Source: Camelus ferus (lineage: Eukaryota). From it: a DNA stretch of 64,000 bases. This document shows, in pieces, positions 1-13,060 of the stretch. Each line of letters opens with the position of its first letter. The first letter of the stretch is position 1. The DNA lies in contig NC_045697.1 in the NCBI RefSeq assembly GCF_009834535.1, positions 94,738,001-94,802,000 on the forward strand, read 5' to 3'. Made by a program: the position numbers and the translations under genes. Below the pieces are notes generated by a model, which was not told where the DNA came from, made no database searches, and saw only the letters and a list, made by a program, of their open reading frames with translations.

Positions 1-211
1 GGTTTCCTGGCACAAAACGTTACTGTTGAAAAGTTTGATGTCAATCTGATTGTATTCTTTTTATAAGTGACTTGAACTTTTTGTCTGGAAGCTCAAAGAA
101 TGTTTTTCCTTTTGCTCTGAAGAAAAATAATTTTGCTAGGATATTTCGTGGTGTTAGGTGTCATCCACTCTAGGTTGATTTTGCCAGGTACCAGGTATAT
201 ACATTTGTGTA

Positions 212-251
<40 letters not shown>

Positions 252-600
252 GATAGATAGGTAGGTAGATAGATAGTGTTGTATGTGGTTTCCTCTTGAC
301 ATTATCACAGTTATTTATTATCATTTTTCTTCCAGGTTAAATTTCATTTCTGTATTTTTTTCCCTTAGAATTCACTCATGTCTAACATGATTAGATTTCC
401 TTTTTACATCATCTTTTAACATCATCTTGTCCAATCTCATTTCTAAATTTTTCTAACGTAGATTGATACTGTTTTTCATAATTCCTAACATTTTCTCTAA
501 ACTTCTAGTTAATTTTGCAAGAGTAAGGTAAAATTTTTATCTGTTTTCTGTGCATGTCTTTTGAGCATGCTTTTATTGTAAGAATGTTATCCTGTTTCTT
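1..600 (-). mobile_element. Highly decayed ancient L1 (ORF1-region) fragment, antisense
   Basis: ctgttgaaaagtttgatgtcaatctgattgt...ttataagtgacttg resembles antisense L1M ORF1-region consensus; T-rich strand bias. Boundaries approximate. Confidence 0.5.
214..276. repeat. Compound microsatellite (TG)16 followed by (TAGA/TAGG)n
   Basis: Read directly: tgtg...gt 214-246, then agatagatagataggtaggtagatagatag to 276. Confidence 0.97.
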
Positions 601-602
601 AT

Positions 603-965
603 TATTGAGGACTAAATTGCATCATCACCCCCAATTTGCATGTTCAAGTCTTAACTTCCAGTACCTCAGAATGTGACAATATTTAGGGATTGGTTCCTTA
701 AAGTAAAATGAGGTCACTAGGGTGGGTATTAAACCAATATGACCCGTGTTCTTATACAAAGAAGAGGTTAGGACATAGATGCAGAGGGAAGACCATGTAA
801 AGACAGAAAGAAGACAACCATGTACAAGCCAGGGAGAAAGGTCTCAGAAGAAATCTACCCTGCTGGCAGCTTAATCTCAAACTTCTAGCCTCGCAGAACT
901 ATAAGGAAATAAATTTTGGTTTAAACTACCCAGTCTGTCTTACTTTGTAATGGCAGTCATAGCAA
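603..965 (+). mobile_element. MaLR solo LTR, MLT1A/B-like
   Basis: Diagnostic blocks ccagtacctcagaatgtgac, aaaatgaggtcactagggtggg, aagccagggagaaaggtctcagaagaaa, acttctagcctcgcagaactataaggaaataaa, cccagtctgt..tactttgtaatggcag. Confidence 0.88.
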
Positions 966-2369
966 TTGTTCTCTTTTTTTTCTGAGAAAGTCACTGTAGG
1001 GGACTAAATTTTACCTTTGTTAATTAGTCTTGGAAAATGAGTTTTCCTACTGTTTTCATGGGAGGACAGACCAGGATAACCTTCCTGTTTTGATGGGAAT
1101 GGCTCCCTGTCCTAATGTCACAGAAAAAAATTTTAGTGTCTTTATGTTTTCTGACATCTTTAGTCATTGTGGTCTTCCTCTATTTTTATATGTTGCTTTT
1201 GTTTCCTTTGCCCTAATGTCCCTAACATGCTCAATTTAGAGTCTAGTCATAAGATTTTTTTCCTCAGTGCATGACTTTGGTCAGAAAGGAAGATTTTATT
1301 GTTGACTTTCAAGAGTCATAGGGTCTAGACTGCCTCAGAACTGACTCCTTTGACTAGTCCCCTCTATTCAATTGTAAATCAAAACCTGTGAACCATTCAA
1401 CTGCTCCATCTTAAAGAGTCAGTTGCGTTTGGTCTGACAAAATTTCATGTGAAGTGCAGACATAAATATTTTCACTTTCCCCACTTCAAGGCTCTCAGAA
1501 CTCTCTTTATCTCCTTTTTAATATTTCTGCATAGATGCTGATTCCACAGGTACCTGTTTACTAAGGGGTCATAATTACTCCATTTTGGTTGGATATTAAA
1601 GGAAATTGAAAAACTATGTAGCAACCACCATCCTGCTGCCAGCCTAAAGTGTGTCTGCTTGGCTACTTTAATTAATGTTCCTAAACCCAGTGAAGTATAA
1701 AAATACAATGGTGGACCCCCTCACACATTTATAAGATTACTATGGAAGGGACTATACTTATTTGTACCTTGAAAATATACTTTCCTCCCCCATTTCTATT
1801 TTCTGCATAATTCTAACTTCCTGTTCATTCAGTTCATTGCATTAGCAACATAACTGATCCACTTTCCAACATTTTGCCCTTTTTTGTTCCATTGTTCTCT
1901 CTTGTACCCTTGCAAGATTGTGCACCCCTAGCAGGTACTATAAGACTAATGGCTGATTAATTATGGTACATATGTTAGGACCAGTGAATCCAAGATCAGA
2001 TTATTACTCCATTGTATTTCAGCGATGTGAAATCCTTGGTCAGCTAATATATCAATAGTTATGCTTCATTTGGTTTAATTTGTTTCATGAATTATTTATC
2101 TTAACTTTTATATATATATATATTTATGCCTCTCAGGATTTTCACATCATTGACATCTGTACCTCCTGTATGTATTACATTTAAATGCACCAAGATATGA
2201 TCAGTTCAGCTAGTAGCCACTAGATGTTTAAAAGGAAAAAAAGAAAGAGACATCATTTCTGAACTCACAACATAACAAAAAATAAATTCCAGGTAGACTG
2301 TAGATCTGAATGTGAAAAATTAAGTTTTCAGATAACAGCAGAAAAACAAGCCATAATCTGAGCTCTCAC

Positions 2370-4190
2370 TCACCCAACCAATGATTTGTTTACTATCTCC
2401 ATAGTTTTCAATTTTTCCACAACATCTTATAGTTGGAATCATATAGTATGCAGGTTTTTTCAGATTGAAGTCTTTCACTTAGTAATATACATTTAAGATA
2501 CTTCCATGTTTTTTCATGGATTGATAGTCATTTCTTTTTAGAATTGAATAACATTCCATTCTTCAGATGTAGCACAGTTTATTTATCCATTTACTTGCTA
2601 AGGGACATCTTGGTTGCTTTCAAGTTTTGCAATTATGAATAAAGCTGCTATAAATGTGCAGACTTTTGTATAGATGTAAGTTTTCAATTCATTTGGGTAA
2701 ATGTCAAATGAAGCATTGGTGAACATGATAAAAGTACATTTAGTTTTGTAAGAAACTGCCAGGTAGTCTTCCAAACAGCTGTCCCATCTTGCAGTCCTAC
2801 CAGCAATGAATGAAAGTTACTGTTACCATACATCATGAGCATTTGGTATTGTCAATATTTTGGATATTGACCATTCTAATAGGTATGTAGTTTTAAGTAT
2901 GCAATTCTCTAGTGACATATGATGTTGAACTTCTTTTCATATGCTTACTTGCCATCTGTATATCTTCTTCAGTGAAGTGTCCATTAAGGTCTTTTGCCCA
3001 TTTTTAAATCAAATTGTTTATATTCTTCTTGTTGAGTTTTATTTTGGATACGTCTTTTATCAGATATATCTTTAACAAATATTTTCTCCAACTATATGGA
3101 TTGTCTTCTCATTCTGTCAAAATTGTTTTTCACAGGGCAGAAATATGTAATTTTTATAAAGTTTGGTATATCAATTATTTCTTTCATGGATCATGTCTTT
3201 AGAATTATATCTAAAAAGGCATCATCATACCCAAGGTCATAAGATCATCTATAGATTTTTTTTTTCCTGTGTCATCTTCTAGGAGCTTTAGAGTTTTGCA
3301 TTTTACATTTAGGTCTATGATCTATTTTGAGTTAATTTTTGTGAAAGGTGTAAAGTCTGTGTCTAAATTCACTTTTGTGCATTTGGATATTCAGTTGTTT
3401 CAGCTCCCTTTCTTGAAAAGATAATCTTTTCTCCATTGTATTGCCTTGGCTCACTTGTCAAAAATCAGTTTGGGTATATTTATATGCATCTATTTCTGGG
3501 ACCTCTATTCTGTTCTATTGATCTCTTTGTCTATTCTTTCACCAATACCACACTGTATTGATTACTACAACTTAATAGTAAATCTTGATGATAAATAATG
3601 TCAGCCCTCCAACTTTGTTCTTCAATATTATGTACAAAATTGTGGGTCTTTTGCCTCACCACATAAACTCTAGAATCAGTATGTCAGTATCAAGAAAATA
3701 ATTTTCTGGGATTACGACTGGGATAGTATTGAATCTACAGATAAGATTGGGAAAAACTGACATCTTGACGATATTGAGTCTTCCCATTTATGAGCATGGA
3801 ATATCTCTCCATTGGTTTAGTTCACCTTTGATTTCTTTCATCAGAGTTTATAGTATTTCTCATATAGGTCTTATATAGACTGTTAGATTTATACTTAAGT
3901 GTATCATTTTGGGGTAATGAAGATAAATAATATTGTGTTTTAATTAAAAATTCCACTTGTTCACTGTTGGTATATAAGAAATTGATTAACATTTGTATAT
4001 TAACTTTGTATCCTACAATCCTACAACTTTGTAACCTACAACAAGCAATTGCTATAATCGCTTATTAGTTCCAAGAATATTTTTGTCAATTCCTTCAGAT
4101 TTTCTACATGAATGATCATGCAATCTGTGAAGGAAGACAATTTTATTTCTTCCATCTCAGTCTGTATACCTTTTTCTCATTTTCTTCTCC
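2370..4190 (-). mobile_element. L1 (L1MA/MB-type) 3' UTR and distal ORF2, antisense, decayed
   Basis: Continuous antisense L1 motifs: ggaatcatatagtatg, ggacatcttggttgctttcaagtttt, ccattctaataggtatgtag, ttttacatttaggtctatgatctattttgagttaatttttg, ccaataccacactg, gaatctacagataagattgg. Confidence 0.9.
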
Positions 4191-4194
4191 TTAT

Positions 4195-4650
4195 CGTACT
4201 TCTATTTTTAATTTTTTGAGGAAATTTCATACTGTTTTGGTAGTGACTCCACCAATTTACCTTCCCCCATTAGTGCACAAGGGTTCCCTTTTCTCCACAT
4301 CCTCTCAGTCCTTGATATTTCTTGTCTTTTTCATGGTAGCCATTCTAACAGGTGTGAGGTGATACTGCACTGTGGTTTTGATTAGCATTTCCCTGATGAT
4401 AAGTGACGTTGAACATCTTTTCTTGTCCCTGTTGGCCATCTGTATGTCCTCTTTAAAAAATACCTATTTCAGTCTGCCCATTTTCAAGTCGAATTATTTG
4501 GGTATTTTTTTCTGTTGAGTTGTATGACTTCTTTACATATTTTGGATATTAACTCTTTATCAGATATATAATTTGCAAAATTTGTCTCACTCTGTAGGTT
4601 GCCTTTTCATTTTTTAAATGGTTTTCTTTCCTGTGCAGAAGCTTTTTAGT
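4195..4650 (-). mobile_element. Second, independent L1 ORF2 3'-part fragment, antisense
   Basis: Repeats an L1 segment already seen at ~2740-3140 (tttttgaggaaatttcatactgtt, agccattctaacaggtgtgaggtgata, gtaggttgccttttcatt, ctgtgcagaagcttttta) in a less diverged form. Confidence 0.82.
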
Positions 4651-5950
4651 AAATCTGATATGAATTTTAGGAATTTCTTAGTCATTATCACTTCAGATTG
4701 TTCTGTTATTTTCTCTTTCTTCTCATTCTGGTATTCCCAGAACACATATATTATACCTTTTGTCTTCCATAGTTCTTGTATATTCTATCATTTTTTTTCA
4801 AATTTTTTTTTACCGGCTTTTCGGTTTTGTTAATTTCTATTGACATGTTCTCATGGTCAGAGTTTTTTTTTTGTTTCTGTTTCCCTCAACCATGTCTATG
4901 CTACTACTGAGTTCATCAAAGGTGTTATTCATTTCTGTTACAGTATTTTTTATTTCTTGCATTTCTTTTTGAGTCTTACCATTTCTAACTCTCTGCTTAT
5001 GTTATCTGTTTAGTCTTGCATTGCTCATCTGTTCTTGTATGTTGTCCACTTTTTCCATTAAAGCTCTTACCATATTAATCACTGTTGTTTTAAAATCAAT
5101 AGTTTCATAATTCCAACATTCCTGCCATTTCTGGGTCTGGTATTTAAGCTTGTTTTGCTTTCTCAAGCTGTGTATTTTGCCTTTTAGTATGTGAAAGGTG
5201 GACATAATGTACTCTGCAAAAGGAATAGCAGTAACTAGGCCTTTTGTAATGTAGTGAGAAGGTGTGGGATGTGAAGTGTTCCAGTCTTATGATTAGATCT
5301 CAGTCTTTGAGTAAGTTTGTGCCCCTGGGCTGTGAACTTTACAAATGCTTTCTCAATTGTTTTTAATTTTTCACCCCCAAAAGTAGTGCAGTATGGCTAG
5401 ATGAGGCTGGAGTTAGGTATTTCCTCCTCCCCAAGTCAGTTAAGCTCTAATAATACCCCAAAGGGTTAGACTCTTATTAAATAGTTTCTCTTTAGGTCAG
5501 ATCTCATTAAATAGAATAGAGTGCTCTACTTCAGTGCTACATTTCCCCTCCCACTCTCGGAAGCATGATGGGATTTTTACGGTGAGAACCTGATTAAGCT
5601 CCTGAAGGTAAAACACACAAGAATGTACCCACCCACCTTACTCAGGGACTGGGTCCCCCTGAGGCTTTTATCTCTGAGGCATGTCCAAACTGAGCCTCCA
5701 GCAATTTTTCAATTATAGTTCAGGTTTCTCTACAGTTCAGATTTCCTTCACAAGTTTCTGCTTGTGAGTTTCTGCTCTCGTACGTTGTGCTTCTCTGTCT
5801 CTCTGTCTTTCCAAGTTTAGGGAAATAGTTTTCCCTGTAAACTCACTCCTCTGACAGATATAAGAAAAGCTGTTGATTTTTCAGTGTGCTCAACCTTTTA
5901 CTTGTTGTTATAATGGACTGGCAACTTCTGAGCTCTTTACATGACAGACT
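4650..5950 (-). mobile_element. Ancient L1 ORF1/5' region, antisense
   Basis: tttcttagtcattatcacttcag, gagttcatcaaaggtgttattcatttctgttacagt, aagaaaagctgttgatttttcag..cctttttacttgttg resemble antisense L1M 5' consensus. Confidence 0.7.
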
Positions 5951-6239
5951 AGAACATTTCAGATTTTTTTAACAGAGTTTTCTACCCACTCCTCAGTTAC
6001 TGTGTGCTTTGCAGCTAATTTCTGTTACTGGGCATGGCAGAGAATTACTATTAGACAGTGAGGCAAACATGTATCTAATGACCTGGGCCAGAGAAGTACA
6101 AAAGTTCAGATCTGCTGCCTCTGGGCAGATGTTATTTTATTCCAGAACTCCCAGACTTAGTCTGGAACTACAGATAACTTTCCTTAAGTTTTCCTTCTCC
6201 ATCCTGCTTCTTCATTCTTCTACATAACATACCTAAGGA

Positions 6240-7500
6240 AAATGTCTAACCATAGATGCCTATGCTAAAAAAGAAGACGGATTTCAAATGAATAACTTAT
6301 CTTTTCACCTTAAGAAATTAGAACTAGAAGAGTACACTAAACGCAAAGCCAGCAGAAGGAAGGAAATAATAAAGATTAAGCAGAAATAAGCAAAACACAG
6401 TAAAAAGGAAAGAATTGAAAAATAATAGGGAAAATTAATGTAACCAAAGTTGAGTCTTTAAGGGGTAACATTTATGGAAAAAAAAAGGAGAATATATCTT
6501 TGTCTATGAGTATTCTTAGGAGAATTGAAAATACATATTCATGCAAAAATTTGTACACAAAAGTCACAGAAATATTATTTATAAAATCCAGGAAGTGGAA
6601 AAAACCCATGTCCAACAAATGGTGATGGATAAACAGAATGTGGTGTATTCATACAAATAAATATTATTCAAGCATAAAAAGGAATTAAGTACTGATGCAT
6701 GCTGCAACATGGACAAAACTGTGAAACATTAGACTAGGTGAAAGCCAGAGAAAAAAGGTCACAAGTTGTATGAAAGCATTTATATACAATGTCCAGAACA
6801 GGCAAAGCCTTCGGGACATAAATTAGATTATGGTTGCCAGGTGCTGGAAGGAGGAGAGAATGGGGGTAACTGTTCATGTCTGGATGAGGTTTCTTTTTGA
6901 AGTGATAAAAATTTTCTAAACTGCATAATGGTGATGTCACACAACCTTTTGACTATACTACAAGCCACTGAACTGCACACTTGAAAATGGTTACTTTTAT
7001 GCTATGTGATTTATAACTCAATCAAAAAGGATATCTATGATAATTTTCGAAGATGCATTATTCATTATAGTCTCAATATGGAAGCAGCTCAATGTCCTTT
7101 CATGGTAAAAGGATAAATAATTTGTAGTATAGTCACACAACAGAATCATATATGATAATGACAATGAACACTTTACTCCTGCACTAAATAATATATATGA
7201 ATCTCACTAAAACATCTTGAGGGAAAGTGACACAAGAAGATGTATGCTTTATGAATCAATTTGAATACAGTTCAAAGTACCTAAAATTAATCTTTGGAGT
7301 TTAAAGTCAAGATAGAAGTTACATTTGAATGAGTGTGATAAGAAAGTGATTGGGAGGGAGTTAGAGGGATCTAGGAAATATTCTGTTTCTTGATTTGAGT
7401 GGTAGTTACAGAACCATAATTATTTTTGTATTATTCATCAAATTATATGCTCAAAATTTCTATATTTTCTGTGTGTATATTATATTTTAATATAAATTCT
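6240..7500 (+). mobile_element. Cluster of sense L1 fragments (ORF2 piece, L1MB-type 3' end, L1ME-type 3' end)
   Basis: cttttcaccttaagaaattagaa..gcagaaggaaggaaataataaagatt; tggataaacagaatgtggtgtattcatac..aaggaattaagtactgatgcatgctgcaacatgg..aatgtccagaacaggcaaa; a second 3'-end-like block at 7040-7500. Confidence 0.82.
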
Positions 7501-10249
7501 AAAGAACAAAATAACTAAACAAAAATCCATCAATATGTAGATTTCCCCAAAAACATTTTTGGCCATACTTTCTTAGGTCTATTCTGCTATGTTTGCTCTT
7601 CCCAAGCTGATTTCTAATAATAGATTTTGTTTAAATGCAGTGATTTGCTACTGAATTTGTTTCTCTACCCTATACTTTATCTTTTTAAGGACATACCACT
7701 TTTTTTTACTTTTTCTCTTACAAAGGCAGGACAGTTTCCATCACATGTTCCAGCTAGAATATTATCAGATCGCCCACTGAAAAATATCTATTCTATTTCC
7801 TAAAACCTGAAAAAGCGTAGGCAGGGAGGAGAATAAGCTGTTATTTAAAATAATAATAATAATAATATTAAAATAACATTCTAATTGTTTGAATGTGAGC
7901 CTCCCTGACCTTTTGTAAAAGACTTGCTTTTTTTTCTCCCTACAACACTATGCCTTGTGGTCTAATTTCAAAAAAGGTACTGCTGCCTCTGTAGTATAAC
8001 AGTGTATGGGGAGCCTTCCTTGACCTTTGTAAGGAGAAAAGAAAAAAAGAAAAGAAAAAAATACTTCCATTTTGAAAAGAAGATCTCTTACTTATTTTGA
8101 TCTGGCAATTAATCCCCCCAACATTTTTTTTTTTCATAAACCAGTTATAAGACTTCTTTTACCCCTTGCAACTGACAGTATACTATCTGATAAAAAGTTA
8201 AAGCTATGAGTGAGGCAGGGATTAGGTTGACACTTTAAAGGAGTTGCAGTAAGAACAATTTATTGACAGCCCATTGACCAAGGGAAATCGTAGCATAAGA
8301 ATAGGACTAAAAGATACATAAGGACCAAAAAATGCCGGTCTCTTAGGCCACAGTAAAGATTTATATCTGACTTTAAAAGTAGTGGGTAGCTATGGGAGGT
8401 TTTTAAGCAGAATGACATGATCACATTCGCAATATAATTTGGTTAAAATAAAAATAAATATTAAAATAAAATGAGATTATCATATAACTTCAGTACCACT
8501 TGCTTTTTGCCAGTTGTAATCTGTACAATACAAATGTCTCTTATTATAAGTACTATGTATGAAATATTAGTGAATAAAGTAGTGGATAATGCTAGATTAC
8601 CATTTTTAACACCTCCCTTGGTAATTCAGTAAAATAATGATGTGTCAAAATAATTCTAAGATTTGGCTTGCATTCAAACTGAAGCACTTTTTTGATTAAC
8701 AAAGATTTGCTGAAATTACAATTATAAAGGCTTACTTTAACTTCAAGGAACTAGAATTGGCAATATGTCAAAATTGTGGTGCACTGGTATGCCACTGGCA
8801 CATGTACAAAGATGAAATGAAATCTAAATCAAAATTGTGATTCACTACAGACTGTCAGATATGGTTTCCTGAGATAAGAAAATTCCATTGCAAATACCAA
8901 TTAAAAAAACTCATAAGCACACACAACACAATGAATCATGACCCTTATTCACTTTATGCAAAAAAAATTAATAATAACATCCACCATTTCAGTGATATTG
9001 CCTTTGGAACTCAAATATGCTGTTAGTATTTGGCAGAACTTCAAACTGGGGATATTTTTAATATCTAAGGTGATGTAAATACAAATGGGTTAACAAAATC
9101 TGATGTGATATCATTGTACAAACTGCCAATATCTCTCAGAAGCTACGAGTTTTCTCTACTATGGCAAAGAATGCCACTAAGAAGATCATTTTTCTTCTCT
9201 TGCTTATAGATTCAATTGTTTCACTCAGGGGAACTTCAATATTGTTAAAAGCATCCTCTGTGAACGCTAAGATAACACATGACCATGATACAAAACCAAC
9301 AAGTAGCTATAAATATTTCCTCTGAACAAACTTGCAAAATAATCTGACTTTAACAAATTCACAAATTTGTAACTCAGAATTTACATACATCTGTTTTTTG
9401 TTTGTTTGTATATGTTGCATGGTTAAAATGTGTGACGGTTATACCACATTTGTGTAATACAGAAAAAATATGTTGAGAAGTTTGGGTAGGTCCAATTGTG
9501 TTAATTCTTACCATTTTAATATACTAAAAGACCTAATATAAATCCCTTAGGAAAGAAACTGAGTACCCATTGACTTACATTTCTGGTTACATTATTGGGG
9601 CCATTTTGTAGGTACCTAACTTTTTAGATTCTTCTCAAGATTTACCTATTACATTGTGAGTAGGAACTATTTCTAAAAAATTCTTTATATAGAATATCAC
9701 ACTAGTTGGTGATATACATAATAAATTGAGAGTTCCTTCCCTCTGGTGGTACAATTCTAAAATATTAACTAACATGCATGAAAACATATTTGGTTTACAC
9801 TACTTTAAATTAAAACTCAAGAAACCAATACCTTATTAAATGTAGATTTATTTTAAAACATTCTTGGCCATTTGTAATCTGTTGTTAACTATTTTTGGTG
9901 GAAACTCATTGGGGTGAGTAAGGTGAATCTGATGTTTTCAGTTATAATTTTCAGTAGATGCCTCATTTAGACCTCCTTGCTTGTAAAAAACACAAGTCCC
10001 ACTACCAAACAAAAGTGAATTCAGTTTTATACAGAATATACCACACAATTTATTCCCTACGGTTATACAACTTGAGGTAGAGGAAAATCACCAGTTTGAC
10101 TCAAGTGTTGAAAATGATTTGTAGGAAGAAAACTGAATTTTAAGAACTATTTGTAAGCAAATGTTAAAAGCAGAAACGAAATATCTAGTAAATACTGAAA
10201 TTAAAAATTAGATATAAATAACGAAAACTGTCCAAGGTTTAGTAGATGC

Positions 10250-10661
10250 ATACCCTACAGCCGTTTCTACTCTTGTTTCTTCCTAGCATAAGCCCATTCT
10301 GCAAGGAACTTGGAAAGTTGACTCCTTCCTCAATTCTAGTGGCAGCTCTTGTCGGGTAAGTACGCCAATAACGGACAATGAGAACTGAGGGGAAAAGCTG
10401 TTAAAAGGTTTCTAGGAAAGGTATCACCTTCTGAGTGTTGCCGTGTTCAGTGTGGTAACAGGAATTCCTGCAAGCATCTTGAAAACCTGCCTGATGATGA
10501 AGCTGAGACAGAGTGAAGAGCAGGAGACTCCAGGAGAACTGGCACAGACATTCTGCTATACTTCACCTGAAGACACCTTAACTCTGAATATTTTGTTAAA
10601 TAAAACTTCCTTTCCTCCTATCAGCTGGATTTCCTATTACTTGAAACCAAAGATATCCTGA
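10250..10661 (+). mobile_element. Old MaLR LTR fragment (MLT1J/K-like)
   Basis: gcaagcatcttg..gatgaagctgagacagag..aaataaaacttcc..ggatttcctattacttgaaaccaaagatatcctga matches the 3' end pattern of old MLT1 LTRs. Confidence 0.6.
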
Positions 10662-11059
10662 GGATATTTAATTTGTTCTACTTTCTAAAATGTAGATTTA
10701 AAAGAATTCTTTTTTCTACCTGTTTTATTATTTACTTTTAAAAATTACATTATGAGGCATACTTTCTGAATATAATACGTAAGCTAATTCTAAATCCTCA
10801 AAATATTAGCTGAATTTTACTTTAACAATTAAATTCAAAAGTGTCTTTAAAGTAGTCTCTTATTCCTCATGAAATCTTGGTCTATATTAGAGGTGCTTTT
10901 CAATCATGGTCCCATCATTATGAGTAACTTAAAAAAGAGTTACTAGTTCCTATGGGAGTTGGTCTTTTAAAACATGAAATATGACCATTTTCATTTAAAA
11001 ATGAAAGTTGTTTCTAGTTTATTCCTAAGAAAACCTGATTTTAGAAAATTAGATATATG

Positions 11060-11120
11060 AAAAAATTAAATAAAAATCATTTTCAGACAAGTCTTCATCA
11101 TTGAAGGATTAGATTTTATT
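11060..11120 (-). terminator. Candidate polyadenylation site of PABPC4L (AAUAAA, CA, downstream U-rich element)
   Basis: Minus strand: AATAAA at 11120-11115, CA ~12 nt downstream, U-rich tract at 11076-11060, upstream UGUA at 11178-11175. Alternative AATAAA at 11023-11018, 10729-10724 and 12625-12620. Confidence 0.5.
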
Positions 11121-11499
11121 TGAGCTTTTCTCAATGGAGTTATAAAAATATTAAGAACATGAAAATACCAATCCTACACCACTTTAAAAAGCTTATTTTT
11201 ACTAACTATAAATTTCCATTTAAAAATTTAAAAATAAAAAATTTAAAAGGCATATATCTATTCAATTGGCTGTATATGCAAGCAGGCATCTATACAACAA
11301 ACTTGACAATGTGTGTGGGGAGAGAAAAGGGAGAAGAGAAGCAGTGGCTCAAGGCATCTCTGTATAAATTAACTTTTACTGGAATGTTTATCAGAAAAGT
11401 GAAGTTTTTTTTTTTTTAATTTATCAAGGCACTTGGACATAAAAAGAATAAAGTTTCTTGAATTCATGAATCTCTACTGCTAAGATGACTTGATAGTAT

Positions 11500-11525
11500 C
11501 ACACACACACACACACACACACACA
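11500..11525. repeat. (CA)13 microsatellite; (UG)13 in the predicted PABPC4L 3' UTR
   Basis: Read directly. Confidence 0.97.
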
Positions 11526-12249
11526 ATTTAGAATGAGTAAAATTTAAATAATCAAGAAAATCTACAAGATCATATTTTTTGGTAAACTGACAACCATTTC
11601 TTATGGTGAATATTAATAATAAGCAATTTTACTAAAATGATATATTATTGTGTCATGAAGCTATAGCTACAATTCATCTAAACATCTGTAAATTATGTTC
11701 TATTAATTCTTTTTGCATGTGAGAAGAGAACTAACTCAGTTCCCTGATATTATCTTGATAATCCATTTACAAGCATTGTGAAACACTGTTCAAATATTTG
11801 AACATTTTGATAGAGTGAATTATCCAGAAAGAGCTGTCAAGGCTTGACACACCTACTACACTTCCCAGTCATGTTGCCTAGCACCTTTTCTTAAAAGCTC
11901 TCTCCTTTGGAGGTAAATACTTCTCAACACAGTGATTCAAAGAGCCAATGAATTAGAGTTGGCTTATGGATTCCATATATATTCTTAGTGGATCAGTATT
12001 TACCAAAACATGTTAATAAAATTAAAGACACTTCAAAAATATTAATATAGGCTGTGGATAAGCTACTGTATAGACAAAAGTTTTGTTTAGAAAATACTGA
12101 GAATATGAAACTCTGAGTGTAATAGAAGATAATACAGATGAATTGTACGTATGTGGTTGGGGGTTATATTTGAGGTGTTCAAAGTGTTTTGAAACATATT
12201 AAAGCCACCAAACTGAAAGATTTAGCTTTTGACTTTAAAAATTTAACTT

Positions 12250-13060
12250 TGGAATGATTCTCAAAACTAGAAACAAGATAAGAGTATCAAGGAAAAAAAG
12301 TTTAAAATTTTGTCCTTAACATGTAAAGAAATTGAACAAATCCATTTAAATAAAAAATATCCCAACAGGAAAATAGGCTAAGATCCTGAAACATTAGCTC
12401 ACAATATGGCAAATGACCAGTAAATACAAGAAATGCTGCTTAACTTTTGATGTAATAAAAAATAAAATAAATAACCATGAAATATTTTGTTTTTACATAT
12501 CATCTTGAATTGAACTACTTAAACAAAATCCCTTCTTCTTAGAGTACAGGAAAATGAGCATAGACACTCATAATGGAAATGTTAAGTGGCACAAGTTTCT
12601 GAACAGCATTTGGGTAATATTTATTGAAATAAATTTTTAAATTGCTGTCCTCTTAAACATTAATTCCAGTGAATTATATATTTTCTTAAGAAAATTATAT
12701 ACATCAGCATACATAAGTTTGCAAGGGTGTTTATCTTCAAGTTGTTTATGATAGAGGAAAAAAGAAAAAGAGAGGGAACAATCTAGCAACCTACATTTTT
12801 ATCAAGAAGAAATTATTATATTATGATACAAACATTAATGGAAAGATATGTCATTAAAATTATAGTGCAAATAATTATTTGTGGTCATATAAGCTGACTA
12901 TGGCATATTGTCAAATTAAGAAAGCAATTTCAAACAAGGTTTATAGTATGATTCCATTTTCATTAAATTATGTGTATAAGTATAGAAAAAATTTGGGAAA
13001 TGCAATAAATTTTAAAGATCTGTCTGCATAATAAGATTATGTGTTGCTGTAATTTTTTTC
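12250..13060 (+). mobile_element. Very old L1ME-type 3' fragment within the predicted PABPC4L 3' UTR (antisense to the mRNA)
   Basis: cccaacaggaaaataggctaagatcctgaaac..caaatgaccagtaaatacaagaaatgct; ggaaatgttaagtggcacaagtttctgaacagcatttgg; tatagtatgattccatttt. Confidence 0.65.

Noticed and set aside
4001..4042. Short tandem duplication aactttgta.cctacaa
   Set aside because: Ordinary slippage duplication inside an old L1.
3014..5205. Short ORFs in the L1 region and similar 60-140 aa ORFs across the window
   Set aside because: They fall in decayed repeats or AT-rich DNA, many use non-ATG starts, and none shows domain similarity or exon structure.
11405..11420. A13 tract as the original retrocopy poly(A) tail
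   Set aside because: No matching TSD or visible PABPC4 3' UTR similarity; a pure A run is unlikely to survive from such an old insertion.
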